From Candidatus Eiseniibacteriota bacterium (lineage in GTDB: Bacteria > Eisenbacteria > RBG-16-71-46): a DNA stretch of 26,537 nt. The position numbers and the translations under genes were made by a program. Numbering within the stretch: position 1 is the first letter of the stretch; each line of letters opens with the position of its first letter. The notes beneath the pieces were generated by a model that did not search any database, was not told where the DNA came from, and was given only the letters and a program-made list of their open reading frames with translations. The stretch is from contig JBGPFC010000047.1 of assembly GCA_041483195.1 (NCBI GenBank), positions 1-26,537 of the forward strand, written 5' to 3'. Shown in pieces: positions 16,589 to 25,715 of the stretch.

Positions 16589-17252
16589 CGGTGGTCCGCC
16601 CGTAGTCTCTGGCCAGCTCGTCGATGGTGTCGCCGGCCTTGAGCCGGTCGGCGATGACGGCCGTCGGGATGCCGGTGCCGATCAGCACCGGCCGGCCAAA
16701 GGAGACCTGGGGGTCGATCACGACCGCGCGAGGCTCGTCAAGATCACGCTTCCGCGTGAAGGGGTACAGCCGCACGGCGTCCCCGAGCTCGTCGCGCTCG
16801 ACACGCTTCAAATAGGTCATGAGGATCTGCTTCATCCCGAGCTGGCCCTCGCGCGACAAGTCGATCAACCTGCCGTACTCGTCGAGAAACAGGTCGAGGC
16901 CATCGGTCGCGAAGCTCTGAACGGCCAGCGGGTGCCGGCTCGGGCGAGCGCTCGAGCGGGAGAGATAGTCGAGCGCCTTCCGGACCTTCTGAAGCGATAC
17001 CTCGTGCCGGCGTCGCAGCGCATCAAGCACGTGGGCCTCGACCAGGTCGAAGAACGACATCATGCGCTGCTTGCGATCCGCGATGTCGATCACGGGCCGA
17101 AGGGTCTTGCGCTTCCCTTCGTGCACGTATGAATAGCCGAGGCACCAGGCACGAAGCGTCGCCCGAGGCGTGCCCAGATAGTGCGCCGCCTCCTTTAACG
17201 TGTAGGCCGGGGCGTCGCGGGGGTCGCGTCTGGGTCGGATGTCTTCGGTCAT
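16545..17252 (-). CDS. Antitoxin, HTH + DUF433 domain (VapB45-type)
   Basis: N-terminal PAYT..EAAHYL..P..TL..W HTH, SF.DLVEAH, C-terminal DUF433 IDP.V.FGRP...GTGIPT..I......G.....LA.DY......IEEA. Confidence 0.9.
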   Translation of the reverse strand: MTEDIRPRRDPRDAPAYTLKEAAHYLGTPRATLRAWCLGYSYVHEGKRKTLRPVIDIADRKQRMMSFFDLVEAHVLDALRRRHEVSLQKVRKALDYLSRSSARPSRHPLAVQSFATDGLDLFLDEYGRLIDLSREGQLGMKQILMTYLKRVERDELGDAVRLYPFTRKRDLDEPRAVVIDPQVSFGRPVLIGTGIPTAVIADRLKAGDTIDELARDYGRTTGEIEEAIRCELKVA

Positions 17253-17317
17253 CCTTCATCTCCACGGGGGCGGGACGATTCTGAAGCCCGCAGTATGGCA
17301 TCCGCCCGGGAGCGCCG

Positions 17318-17986
17318 CTACTCCTCGATTCGCGCGGTCGCCGGCGCGGCGAGCGCAGCGCTGAGCGCGGCCTCCAGATCGTGATACTGGATGTCGCAGC
17401 GGTAGTGGCGCGGGTCGTCGGAGCGGTGGTACTCGCCGCCGCTGTGCACCCAGCGGATGATCCCGTCGCGATCGATCAGGAACGAGACCGAGGTCCAGTT
17501 GCGGTCGGGATGCCCGTCGAGCCAGTAGCGTTCGAGCGTTGACCAATGGCGATCCACCGCGATCGGTCCGCCGAAGCCCAGCTCGTTCGCAAGCGTGAGG
17601 ATGTGGCGGTCGCTCACCTCGTGCGGCGGCTTCGGATGGAACGCGGCGAGCACCACCAGCCCGTCGCACGCGTGCTGCTTGCGCAGCGACTCGAGCCCGG
17701 GGAGCGTCGCGGCGCAGTAGTGGCAGCCCTCGGTCCACCAGCGCACCAGCACCACCTTGCCGCGCAGCCCCGCGAGCGAGAGCGGCTCGGTGCGGATCCA
17801 GCGGTCGAACCTCCACGCCGGCGCGGGCCGGCCGATGAGATCGGCCCCGGAATCGGGATCGTCTGGCGCGGTGGGAGGCAGGCCGCCCCCGTGCATGTGT
17901 TCGTGCCCGGCTTCGGAGTCCGCGGTCGCGGCCGGCGCGGCGATCAGGCAGAACGCCGCGCACAGCGCCACGAGGAGCATTTGCAT
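17318..17986 (-). CDS. Exported TlpA/redoxin-family thioredoxin-like protein
   Basis: Signal peptide MQMLLVALCAAFCLIAAPAATA; G.PAP...LSL..LRGKVVLV.WWT.GCHYC (CXXC), FLIDRDG.IR motif. Start could be slightly further upstream. Confidence 0.85.
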   Translation of the reverse strand: MQMLLVALCAAFCLIAAPAATADSEAGHEHMHGGGLPPTAPDDPDSGADLIGRPAPAWRFDRWIRTEPLSLAGLRGKVVLVRWWTEGCHYCAATLPGLESLRKQHACDGLVVLAAFHPKPPHEVSDRHILTLANELGFGGPIAVDRHWSTLERYWLDGHPDRNWTSVSFLIDRDGIIRWVHSGGEYHRSDDPRHYRCDIQYHDLEAALSAALAAPATARIEE

Positions 17987-18015
17987 GGTGCCTAAAGAAT
18001 ATCCCATGTGCGCGG

Positions 18016-18041
18016 CCATACCCAATCATGTATAGGTATGG
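18016..18041. promoter_or_regulatory. Palindromic operator-like site in the divergent promoter region
   Basis: CCATACC-N12-GGTATGG in an AT-richer patch between the divergent redoxin and OmpA genes. Confidence 0.35.
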
Positions 18042-18109
18042 GCATTCGTCTCGAGGCGGGCGCTGTCCCCCTGCGCCGTCGCTCCCCGCGTCCCGAGGAG
18101 GTGCTCCCC

Positions 18110-18940
18110 ATGCAACGCGTCGCTCGAATCGCAGGACTGATCGTGGTTGGCCTGGTTTCCCTCGCGCCCTCCCGCCCCGCGCACGCGTGGCCGCCTCCCG
18201 GCACGTGGCACGTCGATCGCAAGGCGCCGTGCTATCAGTGGCCCGCCGTCGACTGGGATGGCGATGGCGTCTACGACCGGATCGATCGCTGCCCCAACAC
18301 CCGGAAGGGCTGCACCGTCGATCAGTACGGCTGTGCGATCGACGGCGATGGCGACGGCGTGTGCGACGGTCTCGACCTCTGCCCCGACACGCCGAAGGGC
18401 ATGAAGGTCGACGAGCACGGCTGTCACGAAGGCGCGCAGGCGATGAAGGCTCCGCCGGCGCCGCCCGAGGAGCGCGCGGCCCCGAAGCCGCCGGTTCAGG
18501 CGGTGGAGCCCGCGAAGCCCGTGAGCGAAGTCGAACGCAAGCTCATCGAGGGCGGGCGGATCCGGCTCGAGAACGTGTACTTCGAGACCAACAGCGCGCG
18601 GCTGCTGCCCGAGTCCGAGACCACGCTCGATGAAGTCGGCGGCGTGCTCGAGAAGCTGCCGGGCCTGCGCGTCGAGGTCGAGGGTCACACCGACACCCGC
18701 GGCCGCGCGGCCTACAACATGAAGCTGAGCCAGGAGCGCGCGGAGTCGGTGCGCCAGTTCCTGCTCGAGCACTTCCACCTCGACGCAGGAAACGTGCTCG
18801 CGGTGGGCTACGGCGAGACGCGGCCCGAGACGAAGGAGCGCAACGAAGAAGAATTCCTGCGCAACCGGCGCGTCGAGCTGCGGGTGCTGAACCCCGAGGC
18901 GCTGCCGAAGGGAATCAAGGTGGAGAAGAAGAGCGAGTAG
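18110..18940 (+). CDS. OmpA-family peptidoglycan-binding protein with thrombospondin type-3-like Ca-binding repeats
   Basis: GAGGAGG RBS, signal peptide ending PAHA, two DxDGDGVxDxxDxCPxT repeats, Pro-rich linker, OmpA_C domain (VYFETNSA...EGHTD..G...YN..LS..RA..V...GYGE..P...NRRVE). Confidence 0.93.
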   Translation: MQRVARIAGLIVVGLVSLAPSRPAHAWPPPGTWHVDRKAPCYQWPAVDWDGDGVYDRIDRCPNTRKGCTVDQYGCAIDGDGDGVCDGLDLCPDTPKGMKVDEHGCHEGAQAMKAPPAPPEERAAPKPPVQAVEPAKPVSEVERKLIEGGRIRLENVYFETNSARLLPESETTLDEVGGVLEKLPGLRVEVEGHTDTRGRAAYNMKLSQERAESVRQFLLEHFHLDAGNVLAVGYGETRPETKERNEEEFLRNRRVELRVLNPEALPKGIKVEKKSE

Positions 18941-20972
18941 GGGCCACGGTCGCTCGCCCCGCCATGCCCCATCGCCCGATCACGGTCTCCGCGACCAGCA
19001 GCATCAGCGCGAGGATCACGAACCAGCTCCACAGCTCGCGGCCGTAGCGCGACTCGCGCACTCGGCGCGCGAGGTCTTCGCCGGGGCGCACGATCTGCGC
19101 GCGGCCGGCGGGAAACGCGTGGAGCAGCGCGGCCTCTGGCGCGGGCGCGAGGTCGGACTCGCGCGGATCGGGATTCACCGCGAAGGTATTGCGCACGCGC
19201 TCGGCGAGCATCACGCGATAGAGCCCGGGCCGCTCGAGCGGCGCGGAGGTGAGCTGCGCCGCGCCGCCCGCCGCGCTCAGCTCGCATGGCACGTCGTGTC
19301 CTTCGTCGTCCACGATGCGCCACGCGCCGGGCGCGGCGGGCGCGCTGTAGCGATCGCCGGGCATCAGCGACGCCGCGGCGGTGCCGCGCCCGAGCACCTT
19401 CACCGCCTGGTGCACGAGCGGCAGGAACGCTCCGCTCACCGCGAAGTCCGAGGCGGTGGGATCGAGCGGCGTGAGCAGGATCATCGCGTGCGGCGCCTCG
19501 ATCAGCGCGGGATGCGCGCGGTCGAACTCGAGCAGCGCTCGCGCGCGCGGCCCGGTCGCGAACCCACGCACGCTCTGGAACTGGGCGGCGGACAGCGGCT
19601 CGCCCGGGCGCGCGGGAAAGCCCGCGAGCGCGGGGTGTCCGGCCGACACGCGCAGCAGCCGCCAGGCCGCGCCGGGCGCCGCGCGGTCGGTCGCCCCCAG
19701 CGTGCCGGCGCCCAGCTCGTTCAGCAGCGATCCGTTCCAGAACGCGGCGTCGGCGCGGGACCCGAGCGCGATCAGCACGCCGCCGCCGCCGCGCACGAAA
19801 TCGAGCGCGGCCTGCAGCTCGCCGGGTCCGACCTGCTCGAGATCGTTGAGCACCAGCACGTCGGCGTCGCCGAGCTTCGCCGGGAGCGAAGCGGCATCCG
19901 CGACCTCGACGGCGAGCCCCGAGGCGGGGGAGCCGGCCTCGAGCGCGAGCCGCAGCGGCGAGGGCGGCCCGTCCTCGCGCAGCACGAGCCGCAGCGTCCC
20001 CGCGCGGCCGGCCGCGAACGCGCGGGCGTTGTCGAGCGCGAGCGCGTCGTCTGGAATGCTCACGATCCCGCCGAGCGCGGGGAGCCGCGACAGCGGGAGC
20101 AGCGTGGCGGCCTCGCCCTCGGTGGGAAGGTTCACGAACCCGCGCCCGATGTCGGCGCCGCCGTCGCGCACGGTGACCGCGAGATCGCCGGCGGCCGCTC
20201 CGAACGACGTCGCCGCGACCGAGAGCGCGGTGCCGGATTCGGTCGGGGCGAGGGCGGCCTCGGTGAGCGCGGCGTTCGCGCGATTGCGGGGGACGAGCGG
20301 GATCAGGTAGGCGCGGGCCTGATCCCACGGCCCGGTCGCCGCCGCCGGCGCGCCGTTCGCGAATCCGGTGCGCTGGAAGTCCGAGATCCAGAACAGCTCC
20401 CGATTCAGCGCGTGCGACTCGGCGAGCGAGCGCCCCGCGAACTCGAGCGCCCGCGCGTGATCGGTGAAAAAGGCGGATGGCGAGAGCGCCTGCGCGGCGG
20501 CGCGCAGCCGGCCGAGGTCGGAGCTGAAGCGCGGCGTGACCGGATGCGGCGCGCGATCGTACGGCACGAGCAGCAGCTCGTCGGCGGGGCCGAGCGTGGT
20601 AAGCAGGTCCTCGATGGTGCGCCGCGCCTCGATGGAGAGCGTGCCGCCACCCGCGCCCGCCGCGCCCATGCTGCCGCTCTGATCGCAGAGCACCACCACG
20701 CTGGTCGCGGCGCGGCTCGTCGCCCCGATCGCGCCGCGCAGCGCGGGGCGCGCCATCGCGAGCGCGATGCATGCCACGGCGAGCGCGCGCAGCAGGAGCA
20801 GCAGCCACTGCTTGAGCTGGAGGCGGCGGAGCTCGCTCTGATTCACCTCGGAGAGGAACTCGAGCGATGGGAACCGGATCTCGCGCGGGCGGCGGCGCGT
20901 GAAGAGGTGGATGATCACCGGGATCGCGGCGGCCGCGAGTCCGAACAGGAAGAGCGGGTTCAGGAAGTTCAT
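18915..20972 (-). CDS. BatA-domain / VWA-domain membrane protein
   Basis: BatA N-terminus MNFLNPLFL.GL....IP.IIHL..RR....I.FPSL.FL, VWA MIDAS DQSGS and WISDFQ, GATase-like middle segment (LDFVRGGGGVLI), AVNPDPRESDL and a C-terminal TM. The 3' end overlaps ompA by 26 nt. Confidence 0.9.
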   Translation of the reverse strand: MNFLNPLFLFGLAAAAIPVIIHLFTRRRPREIRFPSLEFLSEVNQSELRRLQLKQWLLLLLRALAVACIALAMARPALRGAIGATSRAATSVVVLCDQSGSMGAAGAGGGTLSIEARRTIEDLLTTLGPADELLLVPYDRAPHPVTPRFSSDLGRLRAAAQALSPSAFFTDHARALEFAGRSLAESHALNRELFWISDFQRTGFANGAPAAATGPWDQARAYLIPLVPRNRANAALTEAALAPTESGTALSVAATSFGAAAGDLAVTVRDGGADIGRGFVNLPTEGEAATLLPLSRLPALGGIVSIPDDALALDNARAFAAGRAGTLRLVLREDGPPSPLRLALEAGSPASGLAVEVADAASLPAKLGDADVLVLNDLEQVGPGELQAALDFVRGGGGVLIALGSRADAAFWNGSLLNELGAGTLGATDRAAPGAAWRLLRVSAGHPALAGFPARPGEPLSAAQFQSVRGFATGPRARALLEFDRAHPALIEAPHAMILLTPLDPTASDFAVSGAFLPLVHQAVKVLGRGTAAASLMPGDRYSAPAAPGAWRIVDDEGHDVPCELSAAGGAAQLTSAPLERPGLYRVMLAERVRNTFAVNPDPRESDLAPAPEAALLHAFPAGRAQIVRPGEDLARRVRESRYGRELWSWFVILALMLLVAETVIGRWGMAGRATVAPTRSSSPP

Positions 20973-21604
20973 CGAGGCACCTCGGCGAACGCCGCGCGCG
21001 CCTCATCCCACGCCTCGATCTTCGTCACCGGATGCACTTCCCATCCGCTGATGCGGAGCGAGCCCGGCGGGCGACTGCCCGCGGGCCCCACCGGATCGTA
21101 CTGGAAGTCGTAGAGCAGCCAGCCGGTGACGCGCACCCGCCGCGGATCGTGGCCCCATCCGGTGAGATTGCCGCCCGACTCCGGCCGGAACGTTGAGAGC
21201 AGATGCTCGTAGCGCCACGCGCGCGCGCCGGCGTACCACTCGGGCGTGATCTCGGCGGTGACGTAGAGGTTGCTCGTGCTCCCGGGCGGCGGCGCGTGCT
21301 CGGTGAGCTCGAGGTGGGTGTCGCCGTCGGTCGAGCGCAGCATGTACTGGACGTAGCCATCGAGCACCACGCCGCGCCCCTCGATCGGCGCGTACGCCGC
21401 GAGCGGAGCGTGGCTCGGCAGCGAGTCGATCGCGCCGAAGCTGATCCCCGCCGGGTGCTCGGGCGCTGAGCGGCGCACCTTCATCGCGCGCAGGTGCCGG
21501 GCCTCCGGCGCGTCGAACGGCCCCTCGCCGAGCACCTTGAGGAATCCGACGAACGCCGTGAGTCCGAGCGCGAGCGCGAGCACCGCCGCGATCTTCAGCG
21601 TCAC
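20969..21604 (-). CDS. Hypothetical membrane-anchored protein (possible OB-fold; DGDxH / EITP / WEVHPV motifs)
   Basis: N-terminal hydrophobic anchor; stop overlaps the batA ATG (ATGA); motif-like segments V.LDGYV, DGDTHL, AEITP, VRVTGWLLYD, WEVHPVT.I. Confidence 0.75.
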   Translation of the reverse strand: MTLKIAAVLALALGLTAFVGFLKVLGEGPFDAPEARHLRAMKVRRSAPEHPAGISFGAIDSLPSHAPLAAYAPIEGRGVVLDGYVQYMLRSTDGDTHLELTEHAPPPGSTSNLYVTAEITPEWYAGARAWRYEHLLSTFRPESGGNLTGWGHDPRRVRVTGWLLYDFQYDPVGPAGSRPPGSLRISGWEVHPVTKIEAWDEARAAFAEVPR

Positions 21605-21653
21605 GCGATCCCCGCGGTCGCCGCGCCGAGGCAGGGGCGCCGGCCTCGCGCGA

Positions 21654-22637
21654 TCACATCAGCCTCGCGCGTTTCTCGAGGTAGGCGAGCAGCGCGCGAT
21701 CGAACGGCGTGCGGGTGTCGAGCTGCACGTAGTCGATCAGGTGCTCGCGGCAGCTGCGGCGGTAGTGGTCGGTCCAGGCGGCGATCCGCGCGCGGTAGCG
21801 CTTCGCGATCTCCCACGGCTCGGTCGTGAGCTGCTCGCCGCTCTCCATGTCCACGAAGGTCGCGCTGTCGGTGTACGGAAACTCCAGCTCGTCCGGATCG
21901 AGAATGTGGAACAGCACCACCTCGTGATGGCGATGGCGGAAGTGCTGGAGCCCCGAGAGCACCTCGGCCGGCTTGTCCATGAGGTCCGAGCACAGCACCA
22001 CGAGCCCGCGGCGCTTGATGCGCTCCGCCAGCTCGTGGAGCGCGGGGCCGAGGCGGGTGCGCCCCTGCGGCGTCAGCGACCCGAGCGTCTTCAAGATCAC
22101 GTCGAGATGCGAGCGCACGGCGCGCGCCGGGACGTAGCGCAGCGGCCGGTCGGCGAACAGCATCGTCCCGACCGCGTCCTGCTGCTGGAGCATGAGATAG
22201 GCGAGCGCCGCCGAGAGCGACTGCGCGTACTCGAGCTTGCTCATGGCGGCCCGCTCGGACTTGAAGCCCATCGAGCCCGAGAGATCCACCAGCAGGTGGC
22301 AGCGGAGGTTGGTCTCTTCGGTGTACTGCTTCACCAGGAAGCGGTCGCTGCGCGCCCACACCTTCCAGTCGAGGTTCTTGAGCGGATCGCCCGGCATGTA
22401 GGGCCGGTGCTCCGCGAACTCCACGCTGAAGCCGTGAAACGGCGAGCGGTGCATGCCGGCGATGAAGCCTTCGACCACCAGCCGCGCGCGCACGTCGAGG
22501 TGCGCGAGCCGCGCGACCACCGCCGGGTCGAGGAACTGGCGCCCCTCCGCCGCGCCGCGCGCGCCGGGGCGCGCAGAGCCGGCGATGCCGCCGGGAGGGC
22601 GGGCGCCGGAGCCCGCGCGCGGGAGCGATTCGCTCAT
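21654..22637 (-). CDS. DUF58 domain protein (MoxR-associated, VWA-like)
   Basis: G.HRSPFHGFSVEFAEHRPY.PGD....DWKVWAR.D...VKQY.EETN, DLSGSM, CSDL motifs; in a moxR cluster. Confidence 0.93.
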   Translation of the reverse strand: MSESLPRAGSGARPPGGIAGSARPGARGAAEGRQFLDPAVVARLAHLDVRARLVVEGFIAGMHRSPFHGFSVEFAEHRPYMPGDPLKNLDWKVWARSDRFLVKQYTEETNLRCHLLVDLSGSMGFKSERAAMSKLEYAQSLSAALAYLMLQQQDAVGTMLFADRPLRYVPARAVRSHLDVILKTLGSLTPQGRTRLGPALHELAERIKRRGLVVLCSDLMDKPAEVLSGLQHFRHRHHEVVLFHILDPDELEFPYTDSATFVDMESGEQLTTEPWEIAKRYRARIAAWTDHYRRSCREHLIDYVQLDTRTPFDRALLAYLEKRARLM

Positions 22638-22641
22638 CGCC

Positions 22642-23487
22642 TCATTCCTTCCGGGCGAACGCGATCAGCATGCCGTGGTTCGCGCCGACCGGCTCGCGCT
22701 CGAAGCCGCCGTGGATCTCGCGGCGCCCGAAGCCGGCGACCCGCAGCAGCAGGTCGAGCTCGGCGGGATAGATCCAGCGCACGTCGGTCTCGCTGAAGCG
22801 TGACGACACCACCCGGCCGGCGGCGTCCAGCTCGCGCGCCTCGTTGCGCGAGTGCTGCACCTGGCGCACGGGATCGATGGTGCGCTCGTCGTAGTGCTGG
22901 AGCAGGTGGCCGGTCGCGTGATCGCGCCTCTCCAGCTCGAGCACCGGCGGGCCGCCGGAATCGAGGATCGACTGGGCGCTGAAGCACGAGACGTGCATGA
23001 CGAGCGCGCCGCCGTCGGCGAGATGCTCGCGGCAGCGCGAGAGCGTCGCGAGCTGATCGTCGGTCGTCAGGTTGTGCAGGAACGCGTTGAACGGGATCGC
23101 GATCAGCGCGTAGCGGCGCGGCAGCGTGAAGTCGCGCATGTCGGCGCACTTGAGCCCCGGCCAGAAGTCGCGGGCGCGCGCCTTCTCCTGGAGCCGCGCG
23201 AGCATCGGGCGTGACAGATCGAAGCCGTCCACGTCGGCGCCGGCCTCGAGCATCGGCAGCGTGATGCGGCCGGTGCCGCATCCCACGTCGAGCACCGGAC
23301 CCCGCGCCTCGCGCGCGAGCCGGGTCCAGAACGCGACGTCGAAGTCGAGCGTGTCGAAGATGCGGTCGTAGAGCACCGGGTCGTCGAACGGCGACGGCGC
23401 GGCGCCCGGCGCGCTGGCGGGAGGCGCCGCCGGCGTCTGGAACGCGCCGGCGCTGAACGACAGGTCGGGCTCGCGCGGGCCCCTCAT
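22642..23487 (-). CDS. Class I SAM-dependent methyltransferase
   Basis: VLDVGCGTGR motif I, DGFDLS..ML, ADMRDF, PFNAF.H, HL..GG. ATG 23487 overlaps the upstream stop (ATGA). Confidence 0.9.
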   Translation of the reverse strand: MRGPREPDLSFSAGAFQTPAAPPASAPGAAPSPFDDPVLYDRIFDTLDFDVAFWTRLAREARGPVLDVGCGTGRITLPMLEAGADVDGFDLSRPMLARLQEKARARDFWPGLKCADMRDFTLPRRYALIAIPFNAFLHNLTTDDQLATLSRCREHLADGGALVMHVSCFSAQSILDSGGPPVLELERRDHATGHLLQHYDERTIDPVRQVQHSRNEARELDAAGRVVSSRFSETDVRWIYPAELDLLLRVAGFGRREIHGGFEREPVGANHGMLIAFARKE

Positions 23488-24263
23488 GCTCCGTCCCGCC
23501 AGGCGGTCCACACCATCTCGTCGGTGTCGCGCTCGAGCGGCCGGCCGTCGAAGCCGCCGGCGACCGCGTAGCGCGTGAACCCCGCGGCCTCGAGCAGCAG
23601 CTCCATCTCGTACCTGTAGGTCCAGCGCAGCGTGAACGCGCGGGCGCGGGTGGCGGAGACGTAGCCGCGGGCGTCTGAAACCAGCACCTCCTGCTTCGCC
23701 TCGAGCAACTGGTTCACGCGGTCGAAGCTCGTGCGGCCCTGGAGCACGACCGGCAGCCCGGTCTCGGGGTGCGGAAACTCGCGCTCGATCCGCGGCTCCT
23801 CGCCGGGATTCGCGATGCGCTCGAAGCTCGGGTAGAAGAAATTGAGCACGAGCGCGCCGCCCGGCTCGAGATGCTCGCGCATGCAGCGCAGCGCCCGGAG
23901 CTGGTCATCGGTCGTGAGCAGATGCATGAACGCGCGGAACGGAACCGTGACGAGCGCGTAGCGGCGCTGCAGCGTGAAGTCGCGCATGTCGGCGGTGTAG
24001 ACGCGCGGCGCGAGGCCGAGCGCCGCGGCCTTCTGCTTCAGCCGCTCGAGCATGGCGGGCTCGAGATCGAACCCGTCGATGTCAACGCCCGCCTGCAGCG
24101 TCGGGATGAGAATCCGCCCGGTGCCGCATGCCGCCTCGAGCACCGCGCCGCCCGCGCCCCGCGCGGCCGCGACGTAGAAGTCGAGATCGTCGCGATACGC
24201 GGAGTACGCGAGGTCGTAGAGCTCCGGGTCGCCGTAGGTCGTGGGGTCGGGTGAGGGGCTCAT
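23484..24263 (-). CDS. Class I SAM-dependent methyltransferase (paralog of downstream gene)
   Basis: VLEAACGTGR motif I, DGFDL...ML, ADMRDF, PFRAF.H, HLEPGG, ME.LL..AGF. Confidence 0.92.
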   Translation of the reverse strand: MSPSPDPTTYGDPELYDLAYSAYRDDLDFYVAAARGAGGAVLEAACGTGRILIPTLQAGVDIDGFDLEPAMLERLKQKAAALGLAPRVYTADMRDFTLQRRYALVTVPFRAFMHLLTTDDQLRALRCMREHLEPGGALVLNFFYPSFERIANPGEEPRIEREFPHPETGLPVVLQGRTSFDRVNQLLEAKQEVLVSDARGYVSATRARAFTLRWTYRYEMELLLEAAGFTRYAVAGGFDGRPLERDTDEMVWTAWRDGA

Positions 24264-24287
24264 GAGGATGGCGTCGCGTGCACGCGA

Positions 24288-25664
24288 TCAGCCGCGCGCC
24301 GGGGCGGCATTTCCTTTCCGGCCCTTCCACAGGTAGTAGACCGGGAATCCGAGCGCCGCGATCCCCACGCCGGCCGCGGCGCGCCATCCGCTGTCGTGGA
24401 GGTCGCTCGCGATGATGAGCACGGTGACGAGCACGAACAGCAGCGGGGTCGCGGGGTAGAGCGGCGTGCGATAGGAGGGCGCCTCGATGCGGCCCTCGCG
24501 CTCGTGCCGGCGCTGCACGAACAGCGCGGCGGTGGTGAGCCCGTAGAACAGCCACGAGGTGGTGACGAACCAGCCCGATACGTCTTCGAAGCCGTTCGCG
24601 CACCACAGCCAGACGCACGAGAGCAACGCCTGCACCCAGAGCGCGAGGCCCGGCGTTCCGCGCCGCGGGTCGATGGCCGCCAGCGGCTTCCACAGCAGCC
24701 CGTCCGCCGCCATCGCCTGCGTCACGCGCGGACCGGTGAGGATCGCGCCGTTGGTGGTGCCGAAGGTGGAGACCGCGACCAGCACCGCGAGCGCGCGTGC
24801 GCCCCACTCGCCGAGCAGGCGGCGGATGGTCTCGGATCCCACCGCCTCGTAGCGCGCCACGCCCTCGGCCCCGAGCACGTGGAAGTACGCGATGTTGGTG
24901 ACCACGTACACCGCGATCACGAGCCAGGTGCCCCACACGATCGCGATCGGCAGCGTGCGCCTGGGCTCGATCACCTCGCCCGCGACGTAGGTCGAGTCGG
25001 TCCAGCCATCGTACGCGAACAGGATCGAGATCATCGCGAGCGCGAGCGCCGAGAGGAACGAGTGCGACTGCGCCACCGGCGCCGCGCCCATCGTGGTGGG
25101 CGCATGGCTCGCCGGCAGCAGGAACGCCGCGCCGCACAGCGCCGCGATCCCGATCACCTTGAGGGTCGTGAACAGCGACTGCGTGCCGGCGCCCTGCTTC
25201 ACCCCGAGCCAGTTGACGAACGTGAGGAACAGGATCGCGGCCGCGCCCACCGGGAACTCCGCGCCCTTCGACAGGTGCAGCACCTGGCAGAAGTAGAGCG
25301 CGAACACGCTGGTGATCGACGCGATCACCGTCGGCTTGATGACCCACAGGTTGGCCCAGCCGAACGCGAAGCCGAACGCGTTGCCGAAGCCCTCGCGGAT
25401 GAACACGTAGAGCCCGCCGGTCTTGGGCCGCGCGACCGCCAGCTCGGTGAGCGCGAGCGATCCGCAGATCGAGAGCACGCCGCCCAGCACCCACGCGAAC
25501 AGCACCGGCCAGAAGCTGGTGAGGTGCTGCGCCACCGAGTGCGGCGAGCGGAAGATTCCCGAGCCGATGATGTTGCCGACCGTGATGGCCGTGGCCGCGT
25601 AGAGGCCGATCTGGCGCTTGAGCTCGACGTCTTTGGACGGATTGATCGCGGAAGCGACGGCCAT
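24288..25664 (-). CDS. APC-superfamily amino acid permease (LAT/SteT-like)
   Basis: IIGSGIF in TM1, EL....PKTGG.YVF, FAYDGW in TM6, about 12 hydrophobic segments, C-terminal YRTPLYP. Confidence 0.93.
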   Translation of the reverse strand: MAVASAINPSKDVELKRQIGLYAATAITVGNIIGSGIFRSPHSVAQHLTSFWPVLFAWVLGGVLSICGSLALTELAVARPKTGGLYVFIREGFGNAFGFAFGWANLWVIKPTVIASITSVFALYFCQVLHLSKGAEFPVGAAAILFLTFVNWLGVKQGAGTQSLFTTLKVIGIAALCGAAFLLPASHAPTTMGAAPVAQSHSFLSALALAMISILFAYDGWTDSTYVAGEVIEPRRTLPIAIVWGTWLVIAVYVVTNIAYFHVLGAEGVARYEAVGSETIRRLLGEWGARALAVLVAVSTFGTTNGAILTGPRVTQAMAADGLLWKPLAAIDPRRGTPGLALWVQALLSCVWLWCANGFEDVSGWFVTTSWLFYGLTTAALFVQRRHEREGRIEAPSYRTPLYPATPLLFVLVTVLIIASDLHDSGWRAAAGVGIAALGFPVYYLWKGRKGNAAPARG

Positions 25665-25715
25665 GGCGTTGTCCTCCGGGGTGACCGGGAGCGGCCCTTC
25701 CAGCTGGCGACGCTC

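Noticed and set aside
16119..17287. 9-bp inverted repeat (GCTTCAGAA at 16119 / TTCTGAAGC at 17279) flanking the TA pair as possible mobile-element ends
   Set aside because: Too short, no target-site duplication or transposase, and the left copy overlaps the mfd -10 region; may be chance.
18915..18940. 26-nt convergent overlap of batA and ompA as a possible frameshift
   Set aside because: Both proteins have complete C-terminal domains; short 3' overlaps are common in GC-rich genomes.
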